A stretch of 64,000 bases of DNA from the NCBI GenBank assembly GCA_044223005.1, contig JBGAML010000021.1, forward strand, positions 1 to 64,000, written 5' to 3'. Below are positions 35,813 to 46,500 of this stretch, one piece after another. Origin of the DNA: Candidatus Eiseniibacteriota bacterium (lineage in GTDB: Bacteria; Eisenbacteria; RBG-16-71-46). The stretch's first letter is position 1. Each line of letters starts with the position of its first letter. The notes under the pieces are model-generated. The model saw only the letters and a program-made list of their open reading frames with translations, was not told the DNA's origin and searched no databases. Made by a program: the position numbers and the translations under genes.

Positions 35813-36270
35813 GGGCGCTGGTGCAGCGCGTCGCGCGCGCGAGCGTGCGCGTCGACGGTACCGAGCGTGGCGCGGTCGGCCGCGGCCTGCTCGTGCTGCT
35901 CGGGGCCACGCACGCCGACGGCGAGGCGCAGGTGGAATGGCTCGCGGCCAAGCTCGCGACGCTGCGGATCTTCGCGGACGACGAGGGCAAGATGAACCGC
36001 GACGTGCGCGAAGCCGGCGGCGGCGTGCTCGTGGTGCCGCAGTTCACGCTCTACGGCGACGCGCGCCGCGGGCGCCGGCCCGAGTTCACGTCGGCCGCAC
36101 GGCCCGAGGTGGCCGAGCCGTTGTTCGAGCGTTTCTGCGCCGCGCTCGCGGCGCAGGGCGTGACGGTCGCGCGCGGCGTGTTCCGCGCGCACATGGAGGT
36201 CGAACTCGTGAACGACGGTCCCGTGACGCTGATGGTCGAGACGCCCGCCGCGGGGGAGGGGATCGCGTGA
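35809..36270 (+). CDS. dtd: D-aminoacyl-tRNA deacylase
   Basis: RALVQRV, LRIF.D..GKMN, QFTL, NDGPVT. Confidence 0.95.
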
Positions 36271-36854
36271 AGGACGCCGGGCTCTTCTGGCGCGGGCGCG
36301 CACCGCTGGTGCTCGCCTCGGCTTCGCCGCGTCGCGTGGCGCTGCTGCGGCAGGCGGGGGCGCGCTTCACGGTCGTCGATCCCGGACCCGACCGCGCGTG
36401 GCCCGGCAAGGCCGAGCCGCGCCACGGCGTGCGCGCGCTGGCGCTGGAGAAGGCGCGCCGCGTCGCCGCGCAGAAGCCGGGCGCGGTGGTGATCGGCGCC
36501 GACACGGTCGTGGTGCTGCGGGGCAAGCGGCTCGGCAAGCCCGAGAGCGCCGAGGACGCCCGCCGCATGCTGCAGCGCCTGCACGGCCGCCGGCACGAGG
36601 TCTGGACCGGGCTCGCCGTGGTCCGCGACGACGACCAGCGGACGGGGGCGGAGTGCACGGTCGTCCACTTCCAGCGCCTCGCTCCGGCGGACATCGACAC
36701 CTACGTCCGCTCGGGCGAGCCGCTCGACAAGGCGGGTGCCTACGGCATCCAGGGCCTCGCGGGGCAGTTCGTGCGCCGCGTCGAGGGCGACTACACGACC
36801 GTGGTGGGCCTGCCGCTGGCCCGGCTGCGGGCCATGCTGGCCGACTTCGCGTGA
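36267..36854 (+). CDS. maf: Maf nucleotide pyrophosphatase
   Basis: LASASPRR, GADT, LGKP, DKAGAYGIQG, VVGLP. Confidence 0.94.
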   Translation: MKDAGLFWRGRAPLVLASASPRRVALLRQAGARFTVVDPGPDRAWPGKAEPRHGVRALALEKARRVAAQKPGAVVIGADTVVVLRGKRLGKPESAEDARRMLQRLHGRRHEVWTGLAVVRDDDQRTGAECTVVHFQRLAPADIDTYVRSGEPLDKAGAYGIQGLAGQFVRRVEGDYTTVVGLPLARLRAMLADFA

Positions 36855-36905
36855 GATTTCGGGCCATTCTGGCCCGAAACGCCTAACTGACGCGGCGAGG
36901 CGGCC

Positions 36906-36935
36906 TTGACACCCTTTCACGGCCGATGCTAGCCT
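36906..36935 (+). promoter_or_regulatory. sigma70 promoter for the rplM-rpsI-rpsB-tsf operon
   Basis: TTGACA-N18-TAGCCT with extended TG. Confidence 0.65.
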
Positions 36936-37042
36936 CCGACGCTTTCCCAATACTTGGGGAGCATGCGGACCGGTGTTCGTGCCCGCCGTTCGGGCGCGAA
37001 AACGCCGGCGTATGGCCGCATCGCAGGACTACTGGAGGCAGG

Positions 37043-37477
37043 ATGAAGACCTATTCCGCCCGAGAAGCCGACATCCAGCGCCGCTGGCTCGTCGTGGACG
37101 CCGAGGGGAAGACGCTCGGACGTCTCGCCGCGCAGGTCGCGATGGTGCTCAAGGGCAAGCACAAGCCGATCTACACGCCGCACATGGACACCGGTGACCA
37201 CGTCATCGTGCTCAACGCGACCAAGGTTCGGCTGACCGGCACCAAGCCGGAGCAGAAGACGTACTTCAACCACACCCTGTATCCGGGTGGCGCGAGCTGG
37301 ACGAAGATCGCCGAGGTGCTCGAGAAGCACCCCGAGCGCGTCGTGCAGCGCGCGGTGAAGGGCATGATGCCCAAGAACCGCCTCGGCGCCGCCATGATGA
37401 AGAAGCTCAAGGTGTATGCCGGCGCCGAGCACCCGCACGTCGCTCAGCAGCCCGAAACCTGGAACCTCGAGGCCTGA
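37043..37477 (+). CDS. rplM: 50S ribosomal protein L13
   Basis: WLVVDA...[27 protein letters not shown]. Confidence 0.98.
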   Translation: MKTYSAREADIQRRWLVVDAEGKTLGRLAAQVAMVLKGKHKPIYTPHMDTGDHVIVLNATKVRLTGTKPEQKTYFNHTLYPGGASWTKIAEVLEKHPERVVQRAVKGMMPKNRLGAAMMKKLKVYAGAEHPHVAQQPETWNLEA

Positions 37478-37488
37478 AAGGGGAACGC

Positions 37489-37887
37489 ATGGCCACGGTA
37501 ACGACGAACAAGCCCCTGACGGGCCGGCGCAAGGAGGCGGTCGCTCGTGTGCGCCTGCTTCCGGGCTCGGGCAACGTCACGGTCAACAAGCGCGCGATCA
37601 TGGACTACCTCAAGCGCGAGTCGCTGGTCCGCACGGCGGTGCACGCGCTCGTGCTGACGAACACGTCGGACAAGTTCGACGTCGTCGCCCGCGTGAGCGG
37701 CGGCGGACTCACCGGCCAGGCGGGCGCGATCCGCATGGCGGTGGCGCGCGCGCTCGTCCGCCAGGACGAAGCCCACAAGGGCCTGCTCGGCCGCGAAGGC
37801 CTCCTCACGCGCGACTCGCGCATGAAGGAGCGCAAGAAGTACGGGCAGCCGGGCGCCCGCAAGCGGTTCCAGTTCAGCAAGCGCTGA
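37489..37887 (+). CDS. rpsI: 30S ribosomal protein S9
   Basis: [38 protein letters not shown]. Confidence 0.98.
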   Translation: MATVTTNKPLTGRRKEAVARVRLLPGSGNVTVNKRAIMDYLKRESLVRTAVHALVLTNTSDKFDVVARVSGGGLTGQAGAIRMAVARALVRQDEAHKGLLGREGLLTRDSRMKERKKYGQPGARKRFQFSKR

Positions 37888-37912
37888 GCGATTTCAAGAG
37901 GCTCACTCATCT

Positions 37913-38008
37913 CACACGCCCCGACGACGCGCCGGGGTCCCGCAGCGGCTCGACACGAGCGCGCGGGATGGGCGCGAACACACAGGGTCCGGGCGGAGGC
38001 AGAACCCC
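37913..38008 (+). promoter_or_regulatory. rpsB (S2) leader RNA, t44-like autoregulatory element
   Basis: 5' CACACGCCC, GGGGT at 37934 and 3' GGGCGGAGGCAGAACCCC resemble the E. coli rpsB leader end (GGAGGCAUAACCCC) and its GGGU/ACCC pairing. Confidence 0.7.
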
Positions 38009-38021
38009 ACAGGAGGTCACC

Positions 38022-38786
38022 GTGGCCGAAGTCACCATGAAAGACCTGCTCGAAGCGGGAGTCCACTTCGGGCATCAGACGCGCCGTTGGAATCCGCAGA
38101 TGAAGAAGTTCATCTTCATGGAGCGGAACGGCATCTACATCATCGACCTGCAGAAGACCCTCAAGTGCATCCAGGACGCGCGTGCCGCGATCCACAAGGT
38201 GGTGCGCGCGGGCGGTCACGTCCTCTTCGTGGGGACCAAGAAGCAGGCCAAGGGCATCATCGCCGAGGACGCGGCGCGCTCGGGGCAGTTCCACGTCACG
38301 GAGCGCTGGCTCGGCGGCATGCTCACCAACTTCAAGACGATCCGCACCAGCATCAAGCGCCTCAAGGAACTCGATGCGATGGCGGCGGACGGCACGTTCG
38401 AGAAGCTCGCGAAGAAGGAAGTGTCGCGGCTCGGGCGTGAGCGCGAGCGGCTCGAGTTCGCCTTCGCCGGGATCAAGGAAATGCCCGGCCTGCCCGCGAT
38501 CGTGTTCATCGTCGACACCAAGAAGGAGAAGATCGCGGTCGCCGAGGCCAACCGCCTGGGCATCCCGATCGTCGGTGTCGTGGACACGAACTGCGACCCG
38601 TCCGTGATCAACTTCCCGATCCCGGGCAACGACGACGCCCTTCGCGCGATCAAGCTCTTCAGCGGACTCGTGGCGGACTCCATCGCGGAAGCGCGCAGCA
38701 TGGCGATGGAAGGTGCCGACCAGGAGACCGTTTCGTACGGCGGTGACGCCAGCGAGGCCGAGAACGCCGCGCCGGCAGGCGCCTGA
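38022..38786 (+). CDS. rpsB: 30S ribosomal protein S2
   Basis: [39 protein letters not shown]. Confidence 0.98.
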   Translation: MAEVTMKDLLEAGVHFGHQTRRWNPQMKKFIFMERNGIYIIDLQKTLKCIQDARAAIHKVVRAGGHVLFVGTKKQAKGIIAEDAARSGQFHVTERWLGGMLTNFKTIRTSIKRLKELDAMAADGTFEKLAKKEVSRLGRERERLEFAFAGIKEMPGLPAIVFIVDTKKEKIAVAEANRLGIPIVGVVDTNCDPSVINFPIPGNDDALRAIKLFSGLVADSIAEARSMAMEGADQETVSYGGDASEAENAAPAGA

Positions 38787-38865
38787 TCCCGAGTCCATCC
38801 TCACGGAATCTCGCGCCCGTCCGCGCCGCAAGGCGAGGGCGGGCGTGCCCACGCAGGGAGTGTTC

Positions 38866-39459
38866 ATGACGATCACGGCAGAACTGGTCAAGCAGCTCCG
38901 GGACATGACCGGAGCGGGAATGATGGAGTGCAAGAAGGCCCTGGGTGAGACGTCGGGCGATCTCGAGAAGGCCGTCGAGACGCTGCGCAAGGCCGGCATC
39001 GCGAAGGCCGAGAAGCGCTCGGACCGCACCGCGTCGCAGGGCCGCATCGCGTCCTACATCCACGATTCGCGCATCGGCGTGCTCATCGAGGTGAACTGCG
39101 AGACGGACTTCGTCGCGCGCACCGACGACTTCGGCGCGCTGTGCCACAACCTCGCCATGCAGGTGGCGGCCGCGGGCGCCGAGTTCGTGCGTCCCGAAGA
39201 GGTCCCGGCGGAGCGCGTGGCCAAGGAGCGCGAGATCTTCGCCGCGCAGATGAAGGACGAGAAGAAGCCGGCGAACATCATGGAGAAGATCCTCGACGGC
39301 AAGGTGAACAAGTTCTACTCCGAGGTGTGCCTGCTCGATCAGCCGTACATCAAGGACGACAAGAAGACGGTGGGCGATCTCGTCAAGGAGACGTCGGCCA
39401 AGACGGGCGAGAACATCGTCGTCCGGCGCTTCGTTCGCTACCGGCTCGGAGCGGAGTAG
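38866..39459 (+). CDS. tsf: Elongation factor Ts (short form)
   Basis: [27 protein letters not shown]. Confidence 0.97.
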   Translation: MTITAELVKQLRDMTGAGMMECKKALGETSGDLEKAVETLRKAGIAKAEKRSDRTASQGRIASYIHDSRIGVLIEVNCETDFVARTDDFGALCHNLAMQVAAAGAEFVRPEEVPAERVAKEREIFAAQMKDEKKPANIMEKILDGKVNKFYSEVCLLDQPYIKDDKKTVGDLVKETSAKTGENIVVRRFVRYRLGAE

Positions 39460-39461
39460 CT

Positions 39462-40175
39462 TTGGCCGCCCGCTACCAGCGCATCCTGCTCAAGCTGAGC
39501 GGCGAGCAGATCGCCGGCGAAGCCGGTCACGGCATCGCGGACGAGATCCTCGGCCAGATCGCGGACGAAGTCCGCGACGTGCACGCGATGGGCGTGCAGG
39601 TGGGCATCGTGCTGGGCGGCGGGAACATCTTCCGGGGTGTGGCGGCGAGTGCGCGCGGCATGGACCGCGTCACCGCCGACCACATGGGCATGCTCGCCAC
39701 GGTGATCAACAGCCTGGCTCTCCAGCACGCGCTGGAGAGCCGCGGCATGTTCACCCGGGTGATGACGGCCGTGAAGATGGACCAGGTCGCCGAGCCCTAC
39801 ATCCGGCGCCGCGCGGTGCGGCACCTGGAGAAGGGGCGCGTCGTCGTGATGGCGGCGGGGACCGGCAATCCGTACTTCACCACCGACACGGCCGCCGTGC
39901 TGCGCGCGGTCGAGACCGGTGCCGACGTCATCCTGAAGGGGACCAAGGTCGACGGCGTCTACTCGGGGGACCCTGTCACCCAGCCGGACGCGACCTTCTT
40001 CCCTCGCATCGGTTACATGGATATTCTCAGCCGCGGTCTCAAGGTCATGGATTCGACCGCGATCTCGCTGTGCATGGACAACCGGCTGCCGCTCGTCGTG
40101 TTCAACATGGGCGTGCCGGGCAACCTGGTGCGTCTCATGAACGGCGAGGCGGTCGGCACGCAGGTGGGAGAGTGA
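39462..40175 (+). CDS. pyrH: UMP kinase
   Basis: [30 protein letters not shown] start. Confidence 0.97.
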   Translation: MAARYQRILLKLSGEQIAGEAGHGIADEILGQIADEVRDVHAMGVQVGIVLGGGNIFRGVAASARGMDRVTADHMGMLATVINSLALQHALESRGMFTRVMTAVKMDQVAEPYIRRRAVRHLEKGRVVVMAAGTGNPYFTTDTAAVLRAVETGADVILKGTKVDGVYSGDPVTQPDATFFPRIGYMDILSRGLKVMDSTAISLCMDNRLPLVVFNMGVPGNLVRLMNGEAVGTQVGE

Positions 40176-40180
40176 CCGTC

Positions 40181-40738
40181 ATGTCGCACAAGATCATCAC
40201 TGCCGCGGAAGAGCACATGAAGAAGGCCCTCGAGCACGTCCGCCACGAGTTTTCCGGCGTGCGCACGGGCAAGGCCAGCCCCGGGCTGCTCGATTCGGTG
40301 CACGTCCAGGCGTACGGCTCGACGATGGACCTGAAGGCCGTCGGCACCGTGTCGGCGCCCGAACCGCGCCTGCTCATGGTGCAGCCGTTCGACAAGAGCC
40401 TCATCAAGGCCATCACCAAGGCGATCAACGAAGCCAATCTCGGGCTGCACCCGGCCGACGACGGCTCGGTGATCCGCATCCCGATTCCTTCGCTGACCGA
40501 AGAGCGCCGCAAGGAGCTCGTGAAGCTGATCTCGAAGTTCGCCGAGGAGGGGCGCGTGCAGGTGCGCCAGTACCGCCACGACGCGAACAAGGAGATCAAG
40601 CACGAGGAGCACGAGGGCACGATCCCGGCCGACGACGCCAAGCGGCTCGAGACCGAGGCCCAGAAGCTCACGGACCGCTACATCGGCCTGATCGACGAAG
40701 CGCTCAAGAAGAAGACCGCCGAGGTCATGGAAGTCTGA
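40181..40738 (+). CDS. frr: Ribosome recycling factor
   Basis: RTGKAS, LTEERRKELVK. Confidence 0.96.
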   Translation: MSHKIITAAEEHMKKALEHVRHEFSGVRTGKASPGLLDSVHVQAYGSTMDLKAVGTVSAPEPRLLMVQPFDKSLIKAITKAINEANLGLHPADDGSVIRIPIPSLTEERRKELVKLISKFAEEGRVQVRQYRHDANKEIKHEEHEGTIPADDAKRLETEAQKLTDRYIGLIDEALKKKTAEVMEV

Positions 40739-40793
40739 CCGGTCCCCGGGCCGCTCGCGCGGCCCGTCCACGTCCCGCAGTGGAGGCGGAGCG

Positions 40794-41540
40794 GTGTCGA
40801 GCACCGGAAGTCCCAGCGCACAGGACCTGATCGCCCGCGGCAACCTGCCGCGCCACGTCGCCATCATCATGGATGGCAACGGGCGCTGGGCGAAGAAGCG
40901 TGGCGTTCCGCGGGCCATGGGCCATCGCGCGGGCCGCGACGCGGTGCGCGAGGTCGTGCGCGGGTGCAACGCGCTCGGCGTGCAGGTGCTGACGCTCTAC
41001 ACGTTCTCGGCCGAGAACTGGCAGCGCCCGGCGCGCGAGGTGTCCGCGCTCATGACGATCCTGCGCCAGTCGCTGCGCGCCGAGCGGCGCGAGCTGTTCG
41101 AGAGCAACGTGCGGCTGCAGGTGATCGGCCGCACCCACGAGCTGCCCGCGGTGGTGCGCCGGGAGATCGAGGAGACGCAGGCCCACCTCTCGGCTTGCAC
41201 CGGCATGCTGCTCAACCTCGCGCTCTCGTACGGCGGCCGCGACGAGATCGTGGACGGCGTGCGGCGGATCGCGGAGGACGCAGTGCGCCGGGGGCTCGAT
41301 CCCGCGAAGATCGACGAGGAGCTGTTCTCGACTTATCTCTACACGGCCGGGCTGCCCGATCCCGACCTGCTGATCCGCACGAGCGGTGAGATGCGGATCT
41401 CCAACTTCCTGCTCTGGCAGCTCGCGTACACGGAACTCTGGGTCACGGAGACCCTGTGGCCCGACTTCCGCCGCCGGCACCTCTTCGAAGCCGTCGCGGA
41501 CTACCAGAAGCGCGACCGCCGCTTCGGGCGCACGGATTGA
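40794..41540 (+). CDS. uppS: Undecaprenyl diphosphate synthase
   Basis: HVAIIMDGNGRWA, FSAENW, LLIRTSGE.RISNFLLWQ. Confidence 0.97.
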   Translation: MSSTGSPSAQDLIARGNLPRHVAIIMDGNGRWAKKRGVPRAMGHRAGRDAVREVVRGCNALGVQVLTLYTFSAENWQRPAREVSALMTILRQSLRAERRELFESNVRLQVIGRTHELPAVVRREIEETQAHLSACTGMLLNLALSYGGRDEIVDGVRRIAEDAVRRGLDPAKIDEELFSTYLYTAGLPDPDLLIRTSGEMRISNFLLWQLAYTELWVTETLWPDFRRRHLFEAVADYQKRDRRFGRTD

Positions 41541-41560
41541 CGAAGGCCGCGGAGCGCCCG

Positions 41561-42478
41561 GTGAGCACCGAGCCCACGCCCGCGGGTCACGGCGATGCGG
41601 TGAAGATGCCGCGGGGCAAGTCGTCGTCGTGGTCGCTCGGGCTGCGCATCGCGAGCGGTGTGCTGTTCGTGCCGCTGCTGATCCTGCTCGCGCGCGCCGG
41701 GGGCATCGCGTTCTTCGGCTTCGTCGCGCTGCAGACGGCGATGGGCCTGCTCGAGTTCTACCGCATGATGCGCGCGAAGGGGCACCGCCCCGAGGCGCTG
41801 CTCGGTCACCTCGCGGCGTTCGCGGTGCTCGCGCTGTCGTACCGCCCGCACACGCCGCACGCGGCCCTGCTCGCGACGCTGGCGCTCATGCTGTCGCTGG
41901 CGCTCGCCCTGCGGCACGCGGAGCGGCGGGGGATCGTCGAGAACCTCGCGGTGACGGCGTTCGGTGTGCTCTACGTGGGCTGGCTCTCCGCGCACTTCGT
42001 GCTGCTGCGCGAGCTGCCCTGGCGCGCCGGGCTCGACTACGCCGACGGGGCCAAGCTCGTGTTGTACGCGTTCCTCGTCACCTGGAGTTGCGACACCGGC
42101 GCGTACGCGATCGGGCGCTGGCTCGGGCGGACGCGGCCGTGGACGGCGATCTCGCCGCGCAAGACGCTCGAAGGCTCGATCGGCGGTTTCGCGTTCGCGC
42201 TGCTCGGCGCGTGGATCGGCTCGCGCTGGTTCATGCACTCCGCCGCAGGCCAGCCGTGGCTGCGGCTGCCGGACGTGCTGGCGATCGGCGCGCTGGTCGG
42301 CGTGTTCGGGCAGGTGGGCGACCTCGCCGAGTCGCTGCTCAAGCGCGACTCCGAGAGCGGCGATTCCTCCGACCTGATCCCGGGGCACGGCGGCATCCTC
42401 GACCGCTTCGACAGCCTCTACTTCGGCGCCCCGATCGTCTACTACTACCTCAAGGTCGTCGTCTTCCAGGTGCCCTGA
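41561..42478 (+). CDS. cdsA: Phosphatidate cytidylyltransferase
   Basis: DTGAY, ISPRKTLEG, GDLAESLLKR, PGHGGILDRFDS. Confidence 0.95.
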   Translation: MSTEPTPAGHGDAVKMPRGKSSSWSLGLRIASGVLFVPLLILLARAGGIAFFGFVALQTAMGLLEFYRMMRAKGHRPEALLGHLAAFAVLALSYRPHTPHAALLATLALMLSLALALRHAERRGIVENLAVTAFGVLYVGWLSAHFVLLRELPWRAGLDYADGAKLVLYAFLVTWSCDTGAYAIGRWLGRTRPWTAISPRKTLEGSIGGFAFALLGAWIGSRWFMHSAAGQPWLRLPDVLAIGALVGVFGQVGDLAESLLKRDSESGDSSDLIPGHGGILDRFDSLYFGAPIVYYYLKVVVFQVP

Positions 42479-43656
42479 TGGCGACCCCGGCCCCGCGCGA
42501 CCTCGCCGTGCTCGGCAGCACCGGCTCGATCGGCGAGCAGACGCTCGCCGTCGCCGCGCGCGAATCGGAACGCCTGCGCGTCGTCGCGCTGGCCGCGGGC
42601 CGCGCGCTCGACAAGCTCTGCGAGCAGGCCCGCCAGTGGCGTCCCGCGCACCTCGCGCTCGAGCACGCCCCGGATCCCGAGGCGGCGCGGGCGCGGCTGC
42701 AGGCGGCCGCGCCGGGCGCGGCGGTGGACGTGGGTGCCGGGGCAGCGGCGCGCATGACCGCGCGCTGCGAGGCGCCGTACGTCGTGAACGGCATCGTCGG
42801 CGCGGCGGGGCTCGAGTCCTCGCTGGCGGCGCTCGAGCGGGGCGCGCGGCTCGCGCTCGCGAACAAGGAGACGCTGGTGGTCGGCGGCCCGCTCGTGCGC
42901 GCCGCGCTCCAGCGCGGCGGCGGCGAACTGCTGCCGGTCGACAGCGAGCACTCGGCGGCGCTGCAGGCGCTGCTCGGCCGCCCGCCGGAGGAAGTGGCGA
43001 AGCTCACGCTCACCGCCTCGGGCGGTCCGTTGCGCCGGCACCCCGACTGGCGGCGCGCCACGCGGCAGGAGGTGCTCGCGCATCCCGTGTGGGCGATGGG
43101 CGCGCGCATCACCACCGATTCCGCGACGCTCTTCAACAAGGGCCTCGAGGTGATCGAGGCGCACTGGCTGTTCGACCTCGACTTCGGCCGTATCGACGCC
43201 GTGATCCACCCGCAGGCCGTCGTGCATGCGATCGCGACCTTCCGCGACGGCTCGTTGATCGCGCAGGTCGCGCGGCCCGACATGAAGCTGCCCATCCAGC
43301 TCGCGCTCTCGTGGCCCGAGCGCTGGGGCGAGTCGGTGCCGCCGCTCGCCGTCACCGACCTCGCCGGCCTCGAGTTCGAGCCGGTCGATCCGGCGAAGCA
43401 CCCGGCCTTCGCCTGCGCGCTCGCCGCCGGGCGCGCGGGCGGTACGGCGCCGTGCGTGCTGAACGCTGCGGACGAGGTCGCGGTGCGCGCGTTCCTCGAT
43501 GGCGCGATCGCGCTCGGCGAGCTGCCCGGCGTGCTGGAGCGCGTGCTGTCGCGGCACACGGTCAACCGCGTGGAGTCGCTCGCGCAGCTGCACCGGGTGG
43601 ACGCGTGGGCGCGCGAGGCGGCCCGCGCGGAGGTGGCGCTCGCGGAGGGACGATGA
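42478..43656 (+). CDS. dxr: 1-deoxy-D-xylulose 5-phosphate reductoisomerase
   Basis: GSTGSIG, ANKE, PVDSEH, TASGG, NKGLEVIEA. Confidence 0.97.
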   Translation: MATPAPRDLAVLGSTGSIGEQTLAVAARESERLRVVALAAGRALDKLCEQARQWRPAHLALEHAPDPEAARARLQAAAPGAAVDVGAGAAARMTARCEAPYVVNGIVGAAGLESSLAALERGARLALANKETLVVGGPLVRAALQRGGGELLPVDSEHSAALQALLGRPPEEVAKLTLTASGGPLRRHPDWRRATRQEVLAHPVWAMGARITTDSATLFNKGLEVIEAHWLFDLDFGRIDAVIHPQAVVHAIATFRDGSLIAQVARPDMKLPIQLALSWPERWGESVPPLAVTDLAGLEFEPVDPAKHPAFACALAAGRAGGTAPCVLNAADEVAVRAFLDGAIALGELPGVLERVLSRHTVNRVESLAQLHRVDAWAREAARAEVALAEGR

Positions 43657-44669
43657 GCGGCGCGATCGTGGCGATCCGCCCGCGCGCGCTGGGCGACGTC
43701 GTGCTCGTGACGCCCGCGCTGGCTTCGCTCGCGCAGGGTCATCCCGGCGCGGCGCTGCACGTGGTGACCGAGCCCCGCTTCGCCCCGGTGCTCGCGGGGC
43801 TGCCGTTCGTGACGCGGATCTGGCCGCTCGAGCGCACGCACGCCGCGACGTGGCGCACGCTCACCGGCCTGCGGCGCGAGCGCCCGGCGGTGGCGGTCGA
43901 CTTCTTCGGCAACACGCGCACCGCCGTGATCGCGCGCGGCTGCGGCGCGAAACGCGTGCTCGGCTACGACCTGCGCGGCCGGCGCGCGTTCTACGGCGAG
44001 ACCGTTCCTCGCGAGCGACGCGGCCCCGGCGACCGGCGCGAGCCGGCGGCCGCCGTGCACCTGCGGCTCGCGCGCGCCGCGGGCGGCGCCAACGTGCCGG
44101 CGGTGCCGGCGATCGCGGTCTCCGCCGCGGCCGCGGACGCGGCGGCCGCACTGCTGGCCGCCGCCGGAATCCGCGAGCCCGGGCGCACCGTTGGCGTGGT
44201 GCCGGCCGGCTCGTGGCCCACCAAGCAGTGGCCCCTCTCGCACACGGCCGCGCTCGCGCGCGCGCTCGCGTCCGACGGGCGCGAGGTGCTCGCGATCACC
44301 GGGCCCGGCGAGGAGCCGCTCGCGCGCCGGCTGCTCGAACTCGCGCCCGCGACGCGTTTGCTGCCGCCGTGCGGCGTCGGCCCGTTGGCCGGCGTGATCG
44401 CGCGGCTGCGCGCGGTGATCGGCACCGACAGCGGCCCGCGCCACCTCGCGGCCGCGCTCGGGGTGCCGAGCTTCGCGTGGTTCGGGCCGACACATCCCGA
44501 CACCTGGAACCCGCCGGGCGAGGCGCACGGCCACTGGCGCACGAGCCTGCCGTGCCGTGGCTGCGACCGCACGCGCTGCGCGCACTGGAACTGCCTTCCC
44601 GGGCTCTCGCCCGACGAGGGCGTGACGCTCGTGCGCGCGCACCTCGCGCGCACGGAGGCCCGCGCGTGA
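43653..44669 (+). CDS. GT9 glycosyltransferase (LPS heptosyltransferase-like)
   Basis: ALGDVVL.TP, KQWP, DSGPRHLAAALG, FGPT. Confidence 0.9.
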   Translation: MSGAIVAIRPRALGDVVLVTPALASLAQGHPGAALHVVTEPRFAPVLAGLPFVTRIWPLERTHAATWRTLTGLRRERPAVAVDFFGNTRTAVIARGCGAKRVLGYDLRGRRAFYGETVPRERRGPGDRREPAAAVHLRLARAAGGANVPAVPAIAVSAAAADAAAALLAAAGIREPGRTVGVVPAGSWPTKQWPLSHTAALARALASDGREVLAITGPGEEPLARRLLELAPATRLLPPCGVGPLAGVIARLRAVIGTDSGPRHLAAALGVPSFAWFGPTHPDTWNPPGEAHGHWRTSLPCRGCDRTRCAHWNCLPGLSPDEGVTLVRAHLARTEARA

Positions 44670-45439
44670 ACGCGCCCGCGCCGCTCTCGGTGCTGCTGCT
44701 CGCCCGCGACGAGACCGCGGACCTCGAGGCGCTGCTGCCCGCGCTCGCGTTCGCGGCCGAGGCCGTCGTGGTGTGGGACCCGCGCGGCGACGCCGCCACG
44801 CGGGCTGCCGCCGAGCGCCTGGGCGCGCGCGTCCATGCGCACGAGTGGGCCGGGTTCGGGCCGCAGCGCGCGTTCGCGCTGGCGCAGTGCACGCAGCCGT
44901 GGGTGCTCTGGATCGACGCCGACGAGCGGCTCGACACCGTCGCCCGTGCCGCGATCGAGGCACTGGTGCGCGATCCCGCGGCCGGCGCGGGGGCCGCCAC
45001 GCTCGAACGCGCCACGTGGTTCCTCGGCCGGCGCATCCGCTTCTGCGGCTGGCGGCGCGAGCGGCTCGTGCGGCTCTTCCGCCGCGACGGTGCGCGCTTC
45101 GACGACGCTCCGGTGCACGAGCGCGTCACGACCACGGGGCCCGCCGTGGCGCTCCCGGGCACGCTCGAACACCACAGCTACCGCACGTGGGACGACTGCG
45201 TCACCAAGATGCACCGCTACGGCGAGGCCGGCGCGCAGAAGGCGTTCGCGGCCGGCCGGCGCGCGGGCACGCTCGATCCGCTCGTGCGTCCGCCGCTGCG
45301 CTTCCTGCGCCAGTACGTGCTGCAGCTGGGATTCCTGGACGGCTGGCGCGGCTTCGTCCTCTGCCGCTTCGCGGCGGCCCAGGTGCGGATCAAGTACGCG
45401 CGGCTCGCCGAGCTCTCGCGAGCGGAGGCGGCGCGATGA
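44666..45439 (+). CDS. GT2 glycosyltransferase (WaaE/KdtX-like)
   Basis: W.GFGPQR..A, WVLWIDADE, VHE, GFLDG..G. Confidence 0.88.
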   Translation: MNAPAPLSVLLLARDETADLEALLPALAFAAEAVVVWDPRGDAATRAAAERLGARVHAHEWAGFGPQRAFALAQCTQPWVLWIDADERLDTVARAAIEALVRDPAAGAGAATLERATWFLGRRIRFCGWRRERLVRLFRRDGARFDDAPVHERVTTTGPAVALPGTLEHHSYRTWDDCVTKMHRYGEAGAQKAFAAGRRAGTLDPLVRPPLRFLRQYVLQLGFLDGWRGFVLCRFAAAQVRIKYARLAELSRAEAAR

Positions 45440-46500
45440 CGCGCGTGGCCTGCGTCGGCGCGTGGGATCCCGGCTATCCGCGCAACCGCATCCTGCGCGA
45501 AGGGCTGCGGCTCGCGGGGATCGACGTGACGGAAGTGCGCGTGCGCGAGACGCGCGCGTTCCGGCGCTGGCCCGCGCTGGCGCTCGCGATCGCGCGGCAG
45601 GCGGGCGCGTGCGACGTGCTCTGGGTACCGGAGTTCCGCCACAAGGACGTGCCGCTCGCGGCCCGCATGCGCGGGCGGCGGCCGCTCGTGTTCGATCCGC
45701 TCGTCTCGCGCTGGGACACGCTCGTCGAGGACTGGGGCCTGCACGCGCCCGGCTCGGGGCAGGCGCGCTGGAACCGCGCGATCGACCGCTGGAGCCTCGC
45801 GGCGGCAGACCGCGTGCTCTGCGACACGTGGGCGCACGGCGAGTTGTTCGCGTCGCTCGGCGCGCGGCGCGACGCGCTCCGCCGCGTGCTGGTCGGCGCC
45901 GAGCAGCCGTTCTTCGACGTGCCGCCGCCGCCCGCGGAGGGACCGGTACGGATCGCCTACGTCGGCGGCTTCCTGCCGCTGCACGGCGTCGCCACGATTC
46001 TCGAAGCCGCTCGAGTTCTCGCGGCGCGCAGCGGGGCGCTGCCGCCCTACGCGATCGACCTGGTGGGCGCGGGCATCGAGTACGACGCGGCGCGGCGCGC
46101 GGCGGCCGACGTGCCGCACCTCACGTTCTCGGGCCGCACGCCCTACGCCGAGGCGCCGGCGCGGCTCGCGCAGGCGCACGTGACGCTGGGCGCGTTCGGC
46201 ACGGGGGAGAAGGCGGGCCGCGTGATCCCGCACAAGGTCTGGCAGGGGCTCGCCGCGGGCCGCGCGGTGGTGAGCGGCGACGGGCCCGGGCCGCGCGAGG
46301 TGCTGGTGCCCGGCGTGCACGCCGAACTGGTCCCGCGCGGCGACGCCGCCGCGCTCGCCGAGCGGCTGGAGCGCCTGATCGGCGACGCGCCGCGGCGCGC
46401 GGCGCTCGGCGCGGCGGCGCGCTCGCTCGCGCTCGACGTGGCGAGTCCGCGCGCGGTGGGCGAGAGCTTCGCCGCGGTGATCCGCGAGGTGGCCGCGTGA
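45436..46500 (+). CDS. GT4-like glycosyltransferase
   Basis: GT-B layout; YPRN, YVG.F.PLHG, IPHKV..GLA.G..VV. Confidence 0.82.
   Translation: MTRVACVGAWDPGYPRNRILREGLRLAGIDVTEVRVRETRAFRRWPALALAIARQAGACDVLWVPEFRHKDVPLAARMRGRRPLVFDPLVSRWDTLVEDWGLHAPGSGQARWNRAIDRWSLAAADRVLCDTWAHGELFASLGARRDALRRVLVGAEQPFFDVPPPPAEGPVRIAYVGGFLPLHGVATILEAARVLAARSGALPPYAIDLVGAGIEYDAARRAAADVPHLTFSGRTPYAEAPARLAQAHVTLGAFGTGEKAGRVIPHKVWQGLAAGRAVVSGDGPGPREVLVPGVHAELVPRGDAAALAERLERLIGDAPRRAALGAAARSLALDVASPRAVGESFAAVIREVAA

Noticed and set aside
41537..41570. TTGACG on the uppS stop as a fourth stop/-35 overlap
   Set aside because: No -10-like hexamer 16-19 nt downstream
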